Shown here piece by piece: positions 1 through 16,702 of a stretch of 64,000 nucleotides of DNA. The notes under the pieces were generated by a model. It searched no databases, was not told where the DNA came from, and saw only the letters and a list, made by a program, of their open reading frames with translations. How positions within the stretch are numbered: position 1 is the first letter of the stretch; the number at the start of each line of letters is the position of its first letter. The DNA is taken from NCBI RefSeq assembly GCF_009914755.1, contig NC_060947.1; one strand, given 5' to 3'. Made by a program: the position numbers and the translations under genes. This DNA comes from the human T2T-CHM13v2.0 reference genome, Homo sapiens.

Positions 1-964
1 AATGTTACACTCCATATTTAGTTATATGATTTTCCTTTTCATTTCAGTCTGTAATCAGGGCCATGATGGTAGCACCTGGGAACTAGATCAAGGCCATTCT
101 GGAGAGAGTATGTTTATGGTTGTTGCTCCTGATTTAAATGGAAAGAGGAGCAAAGTGGTGATTTTTTTTTTTAAATTGAAAAATGTAGTAAGACCGGCTT
201 CCCCTCCCAGTAATAGTAATAGAGTTTAGCATTTGAGATTTTCCATTCAAGCTTTACATTAATGTGTTTTTTTCTGCCCAAATTAAGTCTTTAGCAAAAC
301 TGAAAAATGAGGATGATCTTTTCTACTCTGCTTCTTTAGAATTAATTCTTACCTACATAGTCTATTTGTTCCTTTAGTCCCAAAAACCTCTTGGCCATTT
401 TTCCTTTAAATTATTCTAGCTTAAAGCATGGTAAATAGGTTTAAATTGGCCTATGAAAATCCATAGAATAAATAATTGATAAGTTACTTAGAAGTTTTCT
501 GAAGATCAAAATGATATCTTAGACATTAGGCTTTCTGTCAAGGAAATAAACAAGAGATTACTTCATCATCCTACCTCCTCACTAACATTATTTTGAGTTT
601 TTAGGATCAGGGAAAGACAGACTCTCAAAAGTAGTATCTAGAATGTTGTCATCTTCTCGAACAGAAATATCATCTTTATAAATTTTGCTGTCTTGAAAGC
701 ACTCCAGATAATAAACTTCAGCATCCTATTTGAATTGGAAGTTGTCACTACCAAAGGTTCTGTTTTCTTGGATAGGGTTGCAGTTTCTTGTTTTAGTCCA
801 AACTATTTGTACCTTTGGTATTTTCAAACACTATTACAAAATCATTTTATGTCCTGTGCCTGGAGATCTTCTCTCTAGGTAGTGGCATGGAGGCTTTCCT
901 ATGAAAGCTTTGAAACTATAATTTTAAAGAATAATGTATCATTTCTGCAAATTTTCAATTACAG

Positions 965-1096
965 GTTTGTAGTCAGAGTCTTTTGCCTATCATTAATATT
1001 ATTCCATCGCAAGGAATAGTTCCATTTGGGGGAATAACTGTTCTCAATATCTCCTGTAAACCCACTGTGGCAGAAAAGTTTGATACAAGAGCAAAG
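965..1096 (+). CDS. CFAP47: CFAP47 internal coding exon A (132 nt, phase 0/0): VCSQSLLPIINIIPSQGIVPFGGITVLNISCKPTVAEKFDTRAK
   Basis: Acceptor ttttcaattacag|GTT, donor AAG|gtatgt; open frame joins exon B in phase; I-x-P-x-x-G and late C-x-P pattern typical of ASH/Hydin-type Ig-like domains. Confidence 0.9.
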
Positions 1097-1755
1097 GTAT
1101 GTCCATACATATGAGTTTTTGCACCTTACATATGTCTATGTGGGTTTGTTGGTTGTTTAACTTATCTATAATGGTAGGTATAATGCTACAAAATGGAGTA
1201 CACATGTTTATTATTAGAAAACTTGTTTTAATTCTTTCTTCTATTGGGAATGGGATTTAAAGTTATGACATTAAAGAGCAATTTTCAAAAAGTATATTAT
1301 TTTTCTAGAAATTAAGTTAGCTTTAAAGAAGTAGAGTTTTTGGAGATTTAAAAAAGCACTTAGCTTTATCATCTAATGAAAAATTGGATAGCAGAACTTG
1401 GAGAGGATTTGCAGAAAATATTTTTGATGAAGTTGGTAATGGAAATTTCTACTAAGTTGAAATGGATACCTTCCATCAATATGAGGCACTTTCTTATGAA
1501 ATTGAAATGATAGTTGTCATTTCTGAGTTTTGACGAACCTAGATAGCCACAGAGAAGAGGGTTGCTTTTTTCAAAGCATTAGTTAGGTAGATTAGGAAAA
1601 AAATAATCAATTTTGCAATGCTAATTCTAAAGAGTCTTAATAATATGAATTATATGTAATTTCTATATGATTTTAACATCTATATTTTAGAGCACACATA
1701 AAATGTTTTACTGCTTTATGTTCTCGGAATTATGTAAATGAAAAATATTACCCTG

Positions 1756-2059
<304 letters not shown>

Positions 2060-2586
2060 TTACCCTGATATTAGGCACTTCTGTAAGTGATAAATAAAAT
2101 ATGTAAGACAGGTATGTGTAAAATTTAATTGTAAAACTCAAAGACTAGAGTGTTCTTGGTCAATCTTATGATCAACTGTTTGTATTTACTCACATTAAAA
2201 ATAATATATACACTGTTATCAGATCAAAATGAATAACTTTAAGTATATCTTACATGTTATCCCTGAATAGACCATAACAATACATGAGTAAATAATAGGT
2301 AACTTAATATAATAAAAACTGATTTCCCCAACCCTTGAACAAATCACTTAAGAATGATATCTTATTTTCATAAATAAATGTGTTGAAAATGTTTATAAAT
2401 TATATATTATGATATGTTATCTGAGACTTGGGTAGAATACTTTTAAACACAATATCTGGGAAAAATAAAAAAAATGGCCACCAAAAATGTAGGTTTTACT
2501 AAACTTAATTCTCACTATATTTTAGAGGATTATGCTGGGTTTTTTTTCTAATCTTACCTTTATTAACATTATAGTATAATGAGACT

Positions 2587-3950
2587 CATTTATTCATTCA
2601 TTCAACATTCACATTATGCACTAATCTCTTGTAAATGTTAAGGATGCAATGATGAACAAGATAACCAGGGTCTTTGATGTCAAAGAGCCTACAATCTGGT
2701 GGGTAATATAAACAACTCAATAAATAATTAAAATACACTATCATAAGTATTGTGATGAAGAAATGTTGCAGGCTAAGGAAGTACACAGGAGAGATACACA
2801 ACCCAGTCTTAAATTATCAGAGACAGCTCCCTAGGGGAAGGTATATCTAAAAGACACCTGAAGTTAAGAATAAGTTAAGAATAAGCCAGATTAAAAGGAT
2901 GGAAGCGGGGTGTAAGGGGAGAGGAGGAAAGGTTATTCAAGGCTAGCATGTGTTAAGGCTTGTGTGAGAGAGAGAGCTGCAATGCAGACATAAGAAACTT
3001 AAAGATTAACATGACTAGATTATACTACCAAATGGATGATAGTGGGAAAAAATGTACTTATATGACCCGTGTAAGTTTTAGATCATACAGGGCCTTATCA
3101 ACATTAAGAAATCCAGGCTTCATTTTAAGAGGTAGGAGTTTTAACTACGGGGATTTCACAATGAGATTTGCATTTTTTAGAGATCACTTTGGTGGTAGAG
3201 CAGTAAGCTGGGACCAGAAAGATGGAATGCAGAGTTATTAGTCTGGTGAAGAGGTCCAGGCAAGAGAAACTGGTGAGAAACTGATAAATATATGGGGATT
3301 GGTGATTGAAAAGGGGTCCCATGTAAATAAAATGGGTATGTCAAGAGTGAGGCAGATGGTGGCAACATTTAGAGAGAAAGAGATCAGAGTGTGAGTAACA
3401 CCCTATTAGAGGAAAACGTTTGCTTGAATTGGAGGCATCTTTTGATTGTAGAGATGTCTAGTAAAGAGGCAGCCACATATATATACTGGTCTGAAGGCTA
3501 ACGATTCATCATAGAGATGAAAGAGAATGTTTCTACTGTTGCTCTATGGGTCCAGATGTGTGTAAGTGAACCAAATATATAATTGAGAAGTTGGAATGAT
3601 AAAAGTTGAAAGAAATTGAATAAAGGAAAATATAGAGGAGAAAGGTGAATTGGGGTTGATTGGGAGAATATTACATACACATCACAGGCTTCAAAGTCTC
3701 TTCGATATGTGACATCCAGGAACTGTTCTCTCTGAAAATGAGTGAGAACGCAAGGGAGAGAGGGAGTTGTAAAAATGAGACAGATGAATGAATTTATGGT
3801 TTCAGAGGTTGTGCATTTATGAGGAGTGATGTTGTCCAGGGTGTAGTTTAAGTCTCTAGAGATGAAAATGTCAAGAGACCAGTGGTCTTGGGTGGTGAAT
3901 AAGCTATGACAGCCAGGAGTTTTGGATGAATAAGGAATGATTGGGAGGTG
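2587..3950 (-). mobile_element. Old L2 LINE remnant (approximate extent)
   Basis: Begins with cattcattcaacattc (L2 3' tail, reversed), followed by purine-rich degenerate L2-like sequence. Confidence 0.6.
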
Positions 3951-4534
3951 AGTAAAAGGCAGCCATAGGGAGTTGGGACTTGTGTATGGGGTTTATTAAT
4001 GAAGAACACATCAATTTGTAATTTTCTCTGAAGCATTAAGTTATGCTTCTTTTGATTTTAGTCAAATATGTTTTTTATGTATTATATACTCTGAATAAAA
4101 TGTGGCAATCATATAGCATTATGAATATAGCTACTTTAATAAGGCTATCTAGCTGGCATATTGATTTTCCCAGTAATTCTGAAAAATGGTATTTTGTGGT
4201 TTCTTTGCATATAAACAGTATCAGTGATTGTGGAAGAGTGAAATACACTCGCTTTACTTTCTTAGATATAATATACATTTAAATTTAAATCTAGACCTTG
4301 ACTCTTTCCTGTGCTTATACAGACAGGGTTTCCAAGGAATTATAGGTTTACACTTCTGAGACTTTGCTTGAGCAACTATATGCTCAGATACTCTATAGCT
4401 CTTATTTTGTAGGAATTATACAACTAAATTCTTAATTTGCTATTTTAATTTTCTTGAAAGCAATAAAATGTTCAGGCAGCCCTTAGTTTAGCTGCTGCTG
4501 CTTTCAAGTTTGTGATCTCATGAAAAAGACAAAA

Positions 4535-4680
4535 TACTTGGCCTCTGCAAGAGTCAGTTTCCTCAGTTTAAAATTAGGAGTATTAACAGTCGTTATCTAA
4601 TAGAATACTGAGCACTAAAAAGGATTTCACTGTACTTGACCCATATACACAGCAATTTTTAGTTAGTCTCATTACTATTA
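4535..4680 (+). mobile_element. MIR fragment
   Basis: gtcagtttcctcagtttaaaattaggagta resembles the MIR core. Confidence 0.5.
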
Positions 4681-5086
4681 TGGTTGTTGTGCATATTTGT
4701 ATCTTTCTAGGGGAAGATATATACTGCAACCATTCTCCTGTTGTTTTTTAAAAATTTTGAATAATGCTTTGAAATTAGATAAATAAAAATTGTACTGCAA
4801 GGAGTGGCAATAAAGTTTAGTCAAATAGGTAGAACTCTGCTTTCAAATTCACAAACCATCAGCTAATCACATTTATGGTGGTTCTAAGGGGTCAAACACT
4901 CACTTAGGAGTATCAATTCTGCAAAACAAGAAATGTGATGACAATTACCAGAAAAAATCTTGTGCATTTATAATATGTTACTATTATTTAAATGAAAAAA
5001 GTTATATACATGCCAGGTAATACTTCAGCAACTTATGATTATATTTTAATGTGGTTTCTACAAAGTTTTTATTTCTCCTAAATAAG

Positions 5087-5164
5087 GTTTCTATTCGTCA
5101 TGCGAATGTTATAGACCTTAGGATTGGTGGATCTGCTGAAATTGCTGATGTAGAAATCAATCCT
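5087..5164 (+). CDS. CFAP47: CFAP47 exon B (78 nt, phase 0/0): VSIRHANVIDLRIGGSAEIADVEINP
   Basis: Acceptor tttctcctaaataag|GTT, donor CCT|gtgagt; in frame with both neighbours. Confidence 0.88.
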
Positions 5165-5309
5165 GTGAGTATGTTACTTATTTGTGTGATGAAACTCTGA
5201 GTGTGGTGATTTTTATTTGTTATGTGTTTCTAGTTAGCCCATTTATGTTAAAAATATTTTCCAATGTATAATTTTTAAAAATTACTATATACAAAGTTAA
5301 AAATTAATA

Positions 5310-5990
5310 AAAATTAATATATGTCATATAAATGTAAGTGTTGAAACAGAATATTGAATGAAGGTTTAAGAATTTACCACTGAATGTAAGGATCAGAACA
5401 CTACCAGTACCATTAAAATCATCTTCATTATGGTCCTGTCCCTTATAAGAGATAACCACTTGCCTAAAATGACACCACATAAATATGAATATGAATGCTT
5501 TCATTGTTGATTATTTAGTTTGTTTGTTTTTGAGCTTTATAACAAAGATGTACTATTTGTAGCCTTTGGTGAGTTACTTTTACTTAAATATTGTGTTTTC
5601 AACATTCACCTAAATTGTGTGTAATGGTATGTTAATCATTGTCATACTGCATAATAGTTATTTGTGTAGACATACTATAATTTACATGATCATTCAGTTG
5701 TTCATCCCAATAGGTATTTCTGGGTTTTTTTTAAACACAAAAACTGTAGCTGTGAACATTTATATGCTTATCTTCTGAGGTACACATACAAGAGGTTCTC
5801 TCGGAATGGAGTTATTGAGACATAGAGTTATGAGTGTGTTTAACTTCACAAGACTATTCCTAAAATGTCCTAATTTCCATTGCTTCAAATTCTATTATTC
5901 TACAAGTTATATTGTCAGATTTAAATTTTGCCAATCTATTGAGTATAAAATGATACCTCACTGTGGTATTGATTTTCATTTTCTGAACTA
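5310..5990 (-). mobile_element. Old L1 (L1ME-like) 3' fragment
   Basis: Degenerate antisense L1 3' motifs (gctgtgaacatt, atacctcactgtggtattgattttcattttctg). Confidence 0.55.
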
Positions 5991-7229
5991 GAATCACATT
6001 TATTTTTGCATTATTGTATGTACCCTGAAAAAATTTTGTTCTATAATTGATAGAGTGCACACACACAGACAAACACATACACCACTTTTTTGTTGTTGTT
6101 CTTGCCAGCGCTTTAGTGTTTAGATCTGGACTTACCTATTCAAAGAAACTTTCCTTGATTCTTCAAAGTAGGGCCCCCTCATTGTGACATTTATAAGGTA
6201 TTACAGAAATCTTATACCCTGGGAACATCACCATCAGAGCAGTTGTCATATTATTTTGGGGCTATTTGTACTTTTGTTTTTTCTCCCACTAGTACTGTTA
6301 ACATCTACCACCATACTGGTGTGGAGCTAAATTGAGCAGAAATTGATGATAAAGAGGTCAGCTTGCTGCCTCAGGTAGGGGGCTCACTGCTAGTCTGCAT
6401 TTAAATGGCATCACCAAAATTCCAGTGTATGGCTTTAACTTATACTTTTATAACCTTTCTTTATTCAGTGGTGAAGGCATAAGTCCAGGTAGACTGACAA
6501 ATACTAAGTTAGCTTGTCCAAGGCTGTGGTGATTCCTGGAGGTTAAACTCTGTAGTATCCAGAGTGTTTTTTGCATTACTATGGCATCCTTCCTTGAAAA
6601 ATATTAGATAATATTGAGTCTTTTATCACTTTCTTTTCTCATCCTAAAGTCATTTTGGGCATGCTTTGCATGTTATGGTACAACTGAATAATTTATAGGA
6701 CTTTAATATATTTTATCAATATTCCCTTATAGCATTTTAGACATAGCTGACTTTAAAAAATAATATTCACACATCACTAGATATTTTTAGCTATACATTT
6801 ATTAACTATACAGTAATGGCTAAGGCATTGACTATGTGTCTTAATAACAATTAGGACATTTTACTCAAATGAGCACATATACAATGCTCATTTGCATATA
6901 TGCTCATTTGAATGGGATAACAAGAGTGATTATTTTTACATATACAAAACATCAAACTTTCATTTTCCATTTTGGATTTTACAAATTTTACATATACAAC
7001 TGCGTTGACATTTTAAATGAAACAAATAGCCAGTCTACTTTCATACGGAATTCTCCTCAATATTAGGATGCTGTTGTCTCGATCTCCTTTAAATGTTGTA
7101 TGTAATTCTATCACTAAGAAACTCCATGGTATTTTAGTAACTCTACTACAAGGAGGAATTCTAAAGAGTTTTGTGATATAAGCACATGCCTTGTGTGTGA
7201 GCTACAGCTCAGATACACTTAATAAACAT

Positions 7230-7950
7230 TCCTTGTTTATTTAAGGTAGATGTTGGATAGGTGCTAGGGATACAAAAATGAATCACGCTAAGGTCCAGTA
7301 GAAGAGACAGATAAGTAAATAAATACATAAATAAGTTATGTGATATCATAATATAAGTAAATAAAAGAAACAGAGTTGGTCCTGAGCACAGCATGATTAA
7401 TTGTGGTTTATCCATCTGGGGTTTGAAGGATGTGTAATATTTTATTAGGCAATTGCAAGTTACAGAAAGGCTTTCCTGATAGAAGGGGCACCAAAAGGGT
7501 GAAGACACAGAAGGGTGAAGCATCAGGTGTTGGTTGGAAATACCAAGTCATACAGCTTGCTGAAATATTAAGTTATCACTTAATAGAGTGGAGCTAGTTG
7601 AAGCTGGAACATGAGGCAGCAGAAGACCATGGTGAACTTTATGAGCCCTGCTAATGAGCTTGGACATGGTCCTGTAGATTGTGAGAAACCATCAAATTTT
7701 AAAACAAGAAGCGATATGATCAAATTCTTAATTAGTTTAAATATGGCTTCATTATGAAGGGGAGAGTTTGAGAAAAGTAAAAATCTAGAAACTAAATGAA
7801 AAGTGATGATTTACTAATTTCATACAGTTACAATATGGACAAGAGGTGAAGAAAGGGGAAGAATTAATAGGATTTATTAACTTATTACATGTAGGAGGCA
7901 TAGAGGAGGTGGGGGAGAGGAAGGAAAATGTGACAAATTTTTATAGGGTT
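7230..7950 (-). mobile_element. L2 remnant (approximate)
   Basis: ggtgctagggatacaaaaatgaatc and downstream purine-rich L2-like text. Confidence 0.5.
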
Positions 7951-8057
7951 CTGCTTTGTAGTTAATAATTTCCTTGATAAATATAATATTGCAAGTTTTA
8001 GTTTACATTTTCATAAACTATTCTATTTTCTAATTATTTTTATTTTTTAAATTTTAG

Positions 8058-8202
8058 GATGTATTTAATTTCAGTGGCGCCTATATTGGTGGTACCCAGA
8101 TTATTCCATTTGTAATAAAAAACAAAGGTATAACACGTGCCAGAGTGGAGTTTAATCTAAAAGACTTTCCGGATTTTTCAATGGATCTTAAAGACAAATC
8201 AG
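8058..8202 (+). CDS. CFAP47: CFAP47 exon C (145 nt, phase 0/1): DVFNFSGAYIGGTQIIPFVIKNKGITRARVEFNLKDFPDFSMDLKDKS
   Basis: Acceptor ttttaaattttag|GAT, donor CAG|gtatat; F-x-F-G...I-K-N-x-G ASH-domain start motif. Confidence 0.9.
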
Positions 8203-8635
8203 GTATATATTTTGTATATAATGGTATTACTGTAAAAGGAAAACAGTTTTAAATTGCCCTGTGGTATAATTTCTAAAACTAATTCAATCAAGGGAAGTTC
8301 TTCTTAAATGTTTTTAATGACCACTGCATGTTTTTCTTACACTCTGTAACTCATCATGGTTTTATTTGTAGAAATACATCATTATTAATATCAAAACACT
8401 TTGGTAATACATGAAACGTAACCGTTCTTATTAGTGTGTTAAATATGCTAAGTTAAGTATGTTATATATAAGTATATGCCTTAAATGAACATAAAATTAT
8501 GAATCGCTTGTTTTAATTGCTCAATAATTTTAGATAAATGTCTTTGGGGAGCTATCTCTATATGTTTACTCATGTATTAGATATCTTGATGTTAAATTAG
8601 ATTTAAACAAAATACGCATTTTTGTAAGTTTACTC

Positions 8636-8862
8636 CATAGGTTGTCAAAATAAGACCTATGAGCCAAATATGAGCCATCACCTGTTTTTATAAATAAGGT
8701 TTTATTAGAACACGCACAGACCCATTTGTTTGTATAATGCTTATGGCTGCTTTTATGCTATACTGGCAGAGTTGAAAAGCTGTGATAGGAACCATATGTC
8801 TCACAAAGCTTAAAATATTTACTATCTGGATTCTTACAGAAGGTTTCCTAATCATTGGTTTA
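8636..8862. mobile_element. MER58A-like hAT-Charlie MITE
   Basis: cctgtttttataaataaggttttattagaacac...aaaatatttactatctgg matches remembered MER58A core. Confidence 0.75.
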
Positions 8863-9387
8863 GTCATTTATTATTCATTAAATATTTGTTGAATCCCAAT
8901 TACAGGCAAGATAGTAGCGTTTGAGTCCATACAAATAAGTAAGACATCTTACATATCCTCAAAAAGTGAAAAGTAAGTATATCAGTGAGGTAATGGATAT
9001 GCATTTGTATTACTTACGGACTCTTTGAGACATCAAAGGAGATCTGACTCTTCCCTGATCAATTTTCACTGGAAAGGGAGTCTCCTAGCTGTTCCGGGAC
9101 CTAAGATTTAGTTAATTACTTGACCTTGCCCTTTATTCCTATTTATATTCATCTGAGTATGACTATAACATGCTTCTTGAACTTTGGAGTTATTTTTTAA
9201 TGAGTTTACTGTCACTGTTTTGCCAATTGAATGTATATTTGTTCCATGTATAGATATCAATTTTGCTAATTAGAATCTTGGTATTTAGAACAATTCTTTA
9301 CTGAGCATCTTCACATAGCCCTGCACAAATATTTTAGAAATTGATTTTTGATTGTTATGAATATGTGTACTTTTTCACCTCTTACAG

Positions 9388-9482
9388 AAGAATTTAAAGA
9401 CCCTGCAGTTCCTTATATATATTCTTTGGAATTAGAGGAAAATACATCTCTGGAATGTAGCATAACATTTTCTCCCAAAGAA
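9388..9482 (+). CDS. CFAP47: CFAP47 exon D (95 nt, phase 1/0): EEFKDPAVPYIYSLELEENTSLECSITFSPKE
   Basis: Acceptor ttttcacctcttacag|AAG, donor GAA|gtaagt; phase matches exon C; ends in I-T-F-S-P motif. Confidence 0.9.
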
Positions 9483-10099
9483 GTAAGTTCAGTTTTCTAT
9501 TCCTCATATTACTGCAGTTATGGGTATTCCGAACCAAAAACCTATTAAAGATCACCCAAGATCTATCTGTGGAGGGTTTTTCTTTCTGACTTGTAAGCAT
9601 GCCTGGGTATACCTTAATTCAGTAAAACGATTGCTGGAGGGTTTGGCTCATGCTGCAGAGTGCCTCAAGAGGAGTGGAGGGCATGTACAGGGGACCTATG
9701 ATTGTGTGGTCTTTGTTATACTATCTAGAAAATTCAAGATATTACACATTTTGAAGGAGAGGAAAGTTATATTCCAGGCAGTTGGTGCTTTGTACTTATA
9801 TTTGAGTGGTGTATGCTCTGTGAACCACTACCTGAAATTGTCAAAGACATATTGTGAAGATTTAAGAGGAGTTGCTATGATATTGGCTCCTTTTATATTG
9901 TACCCCTTGATGTTTAGTGATTTAAAAACAAGAGCAAACAAACAGACAAAAAACCTATTCTGAAATGTGCCCAGAAGGAAGGGAGACCACTGGTCAGGTT
10001 TCAGGAGCCAACTCTAGCAGGCTTTTGCTTCACAGATTCTCTAACAGAAGTGCCCAACGAGAGAGCTTCTCTCTACGCATGATATGAAAGTGCATATAG

Positions 10100-10401
<302 letters not shown>

Positions 10402-11373
10402 TTAGTGTATCCTTCCAAGCAAGAATCAAACTTCTATGTGGCAATCAGAGTATAAGATTCTTATGTCAAAACTTTTTTTTAATACACCAACATAACTAAA
10501 TTGATTCTGCTCAATAGGTATAGATTAGAATTAAGAGAAAATAACTAATACACAATAAAATTGTATTGAATGCTACTAAATGCTATCTTTAATAATCTAA
10601 TTTTTGGTAATGTTATTTTTACTGAGATTAAATTTTATTTCAGGAAAAATGTAAGCTGTTATTTGGCTTTCAGATGGAAAAAATAAAGTTTGAGGATGAG
10701 TTTGAATATTAGAAAATGATAAAGATTAATTTTGCTATTTTGAAGTTCAGTACTTCAGTTGAGATAAGATAATGTTGAATAGAAAAACATATTTGTCTTG
10801 TTCCTGAAAGCATGTATCTTACACCTTTAAATATAAGGTTAGCAACAGTTATCTTTTTTAAAAAATTTCCTTTATTAGGTTGAGGAAGTTTCCTTTTATA
10901 GTTTATTGAGTATTTTGATTTTGAAAGACCTGGATTTTGTTAATTTTATTATCCACTTTGATGGTCACGTTTTTGTCCTTTATTATATTAATATAGTATA
11001 TTATATTGATTGATTTTTTTAATGTTAAACCAACCTTGCATTGTGGAATAAATCTCACTAGATCATAAGATATAATTCTTTTTATATATTGCTGAATCCA
11101 ATTCCCTAGTACTTTGATGAAGGCTTTTGCATCTATACTTGTAAGGAACATTGGTCTGTAGTTTGTTAGCCTTATTGTTTTTTTTTTTCTTCTGATACCT
11201 TTGTTTTGAATATCAGGCTAATATTGGCTTCTTAGAATGAATTATAGAGTGGTGTCTCCACTTCTATTTTGGCAGAATTTGTGAAGGACTGAATTAATTA
11301 TTTAAATTAGTCTTATAATTCATCATTGAAGTCATCTAGTCCTCAGCATTTTTTTTTAAAAAATATTAATTTT

Positions 11374-12660
<1,287 letters not shown>

Positions 12661-13677
12661 ACTGTAAAAAAATTATTAATGTAATCTGTTTGCTGTTATA
12701 GGTCTGTATTTATAAAATGTTCTGTTTCTTCTTGAGAAATTTCATTTAAGTTACCTAATTTATTGATATATATGTGTTAATGGTTTTTTTTTTATTTCTG
12801 TAAGGTAGGTAATAATTTAGTTCGTTCTTTCATTCCAGATTTTATAAAATTGAGCCATCTCTCTTTTTATCTTGGTCAGCATATCTAAAGTTTTGTCTGT
12901 TTTGATATTTTCAAGATCCAACTTTTGGTATTTCTGATTTGCTGTATTATTTTTGATTCTTTATTTCATTCATTTCCACTTTATCTTTATTATTCATTTT
13001 TTTCTGTTTGATTTGATCTTCTATTCTTATTTTTAAGTGTGAAATGTTAGGGCATTGATTTGAGATATTTCACTTTTTAAATATAGGTTTTATGGCTACA
13101 TACTTTCCTCTAAATACTGTTTTACATTTACCCCAAAAGTTTTGATATGTTTTATTTTCAGTTTTACTCTTCAAAATATTTTGCAATTTCCCACATAATT
13201 TATTTTTCACCTATTAGTTATTTGGTGTGTCTCGTTTAATTTCCACATATTTGTGCATTTACCTAGTTTATCTTATTGATTTCTAATATAATTCCCTTAT
13301 AGTTAGAGAACACACATTAGTTCATTTAAATCACTTTAAATTTATTGCAGCTTGTTTCATGACACTCTATGTAGGTTATTTAACTATGTTGCAGTAAGTC
13401 TAAAACAACTAATGATTACATCTGGATGTGTATGTGTATGTTTGTGTGTGTGCACATGTGTGCAATGGTGAAATGAGGGGAATGCTCATTATTTTAAAAA
13501 TAAACTTTGTAAGATTATTTTTTCAAATTTGTATTCTTATTATTATGATTTTTAAAAACCCTCTAAATAAAAAGAAACTAAGTAATTCTTTTCTCACAAG
13601 TTAGTATTCTGATAAATTAAGGTATGTCATTCACCTATATAATGTTTATATCTCACATGTACATAGAAGTATGCAGA

Positions 13678-13707
13678 CATACACACACACATACACACAC
13701 ACACACA
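13678..13707. repeat. Interrupted (CA)n microsatellite
   Basis: catacacacacacatacacacacacacaca. Confidence 0.9.
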
Positions 13708-14589
13708 ATTTCAACAAGAAAAAACCTAAATGTTCTGCAGTAATTTATAGATTTTTAAAAATTATTTTAAGGCCAAGTTTATGTATTTTTCTAATAAGTC
13801 TATATTGTGATTTTATATTTTCATATAATTGAAATGTATATAAAACATTTTACTTAAGGATCATTGAAAATTAGAAAAATCTATCATGCAATTTAAGTAT
13901 CTTACATGACTTTTTTGGAGAATGTATTATATATAATATATTTAGACAATAGTTCACCAACACTGTCAGCAATTTAAAAAGTTCTAAGTATTTCTTAATG
14001 TTTAGGATTCTAGAAATTGATCATAAAATTAAAATTAATTATATATATTTAAATTTCTGTGAAGTGCCACACTTTGCTTAGATTCTGAATCATTCTACGT
14101 TAACTGGGTATTTTAAAAAGAAGATTTACTTAGTGTATTGGAGTGTAATTCACTTCAACAATGAGAAGAACATATCAACTCCTGCAGAGACAGCACACCC
14201 TTTGAGAATTTATTCTATAAATCTGTGCCAGTAAGGCAGATTGATTATCTGGTTTCCAGTCATTTCAAATGTCCTCCACTATATTTATTGCTAGGTGTAA
14301 GTTGTCCATCTTTGTGCATGTGTCAAAATGTAAATAGCAAATTGATGCTCTCTTGGTTGACCTATGTAGCAGGAAAATGTGAAATCAACAATACATGATT
14401 GATTTATTGTTAGTTGTAAACCTTCCTTTCCTACACTGCACCAGGTTTGAGCACAACCTGAAGTGCTAGTAGTCAAATGCAGTTGTATTTGGCATTTTCA
14501 AATGGATTTGTTTATTTTCTGTAAGTCACTCAAGCTCCTCCTTTTCTTGTGGGCTACTAACGTGTCTTCTTGGTCAATATATGGAATTG

Positions 14590-14782
14590 TACTTCCTATA
14601 TGGTAGTCAGTACCTACATATGGCTATTTGAATTAAAGCTTAAATTTATTAAAATTAAGCCCAACAGAAATGTTGTTTCTTTATCACAATACCTACATTT
14701 CTCATTCTGTAGATTCACACGTGGCTATTGTACAATGCAGAGCATTTTCTTCATGACAGAGTTTCACTGGACAGCACTAGTA
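14590..14782. mobile_element. MER3/MER33-like hAT MITE
   Basis: acatatggctatttgaattaaa...gtggcta...gagtttcactggacagcactag. Confidence 0.6.
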
Positions 14783-16240
14783 TAGATCTTTCCCTATTAT
14801 TACTCCTATTTTTCCTGCTGCTATGACCCAGGTTCTGCCCTGAAGCATAGGCTGGTTCATCTTCAGTGCCTTAGTTACTCTGCAGCTCTTTGCAACTTTC
14901 ATCTTTGTTGCTCTGTATTTTCCCTGCAGTTTTTGAATGTGAGGGAGAATTGTTCATGCTTTTTATTTTTCCCACTAGCCTTGATCTGCGATTTAAGGAT
15001 ATGCAGAACCTTGGGTAAACCTTTCATAACGATTATTCTAGATTTACAATCATTCTTACGGGAAGCTAAGAATAATTCCTCAAGGATTAAAGGAAAGGAC
15101 ATTTGAATGACACCTGCTCCTTTTCAATTCATAAACATGTCTGTCTACCAACACTGGACTGGGTACTGAAATCTGACTTCATTAGAATATCCTTTTCAAT
15201 TTGAGGTATTCCTGTCTTTGAATGACAACATCTGGGAAATCACTTAAAATATCACACATCACAAAACGTTCAAAGTTTTCTTTCCTCATTGAATACCTCA
15301 GTGATTTTATAATGATAGGGCTCGTCTTTTCTTTCAATGTGTCATTTAGTTTCTGTGTAAAAGATAAGTCTTGTATTCTTGCAGTTTTGTTGAAGGGAGA
15401 AGACTTCCATGGGCAAAGGAATCATGGAACCTCCTAATTTGGCATTCTGTGTAATTATAGACCTACTTTGGATAAAAACATATTTTATGCAAATTGTGTG
15501 TGAAGATGTCAGTTAAGAGAAGACAAGTCCAGTATGACTTTTCACCTATACCTACTTGATAATCAGAGAAGGCAGGGATTAACCCTTAGCCTTGTGAATT
15601 CACCACACAGTTTTAGAAAAATTGTATGTTTCAGGAGGGAGAAAGGCTTCATACTTAAAAAAGACAGTTAAGGGCTGAGATGAGTACATTGAATTATCTC
15701 GATAATTACCAACAGTCATTATCATTGACAGTCACCAACAGTCATCAACAAAGACAGCATCAGACATTTTAAAATAGAGCCCTCAGTCTGGTCCTGTGTT
15801 AAACCTGTCCCATAACTTCAGCTTTCCACTCCTATCATCCCTAACTTTGGGACCCAGCACTAGACTCGAAGACAGACAGTGAAGACTCAAGCCCCAGTAA
15901 CTGTCGATTCAATTCATCATGACTCAGATTCCTCTTTATTTCAGTCATTCTCCAAAATTGGAGCATCCTGTGAATAGCTTCTCTTCCCTGTCAGCTCTGA
16001 TTCCCCTCACACTTAGCTTCCCTTCCCTTTTTCTCTGCCCTCTAGTGTCCCTACGCTTCTATAAGTCCTCTGTATTTTTCTGGGCTTCCTTTTTCTTCAT
16101 GATTTCTTCTCATTGGGAACCTGGCTATCTCAATAGCACTGTTTTTTAAAATAGCATTTCCTATGAATCTTGCTGTGGGTCTAGAAGTGATCCTTTCTGG
16201 AGGCCTTGTTCCCTGGGGTGATTTTTCTAGAGGGTCCTTA

Positions 16241-16702
<462 letters not shown>

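Noticed and set aside
2-229. 75-aa ORF with a good-looking acceptor at 47 (ttttcatttcag)
   Set aside because: The incoming phase is 0 (exon A starts in phase 0), and that frame stops after 12 codons; the sequence resembles degenerate L2 and has no convincing donor
1097-1114. Read-through of the exon A donor giving VCPYI-stop as a short-isoform end
   Set aside because: Early stops are expected in any AT-rich intron; nothing in the sequence shows this is used
9520-9963. 147-aa intronic ORF
   Set aside because: No recognisable domain or splice support; not needed because exon D joins exon E in phase
14150-16240. Higher-complexity intronic stretch that might be a decayed pseudogene or ancient retroelement interior
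   Set aside because: No identifiable protein motif or sustained ORF by eye; needs Dfam or tBLASTx
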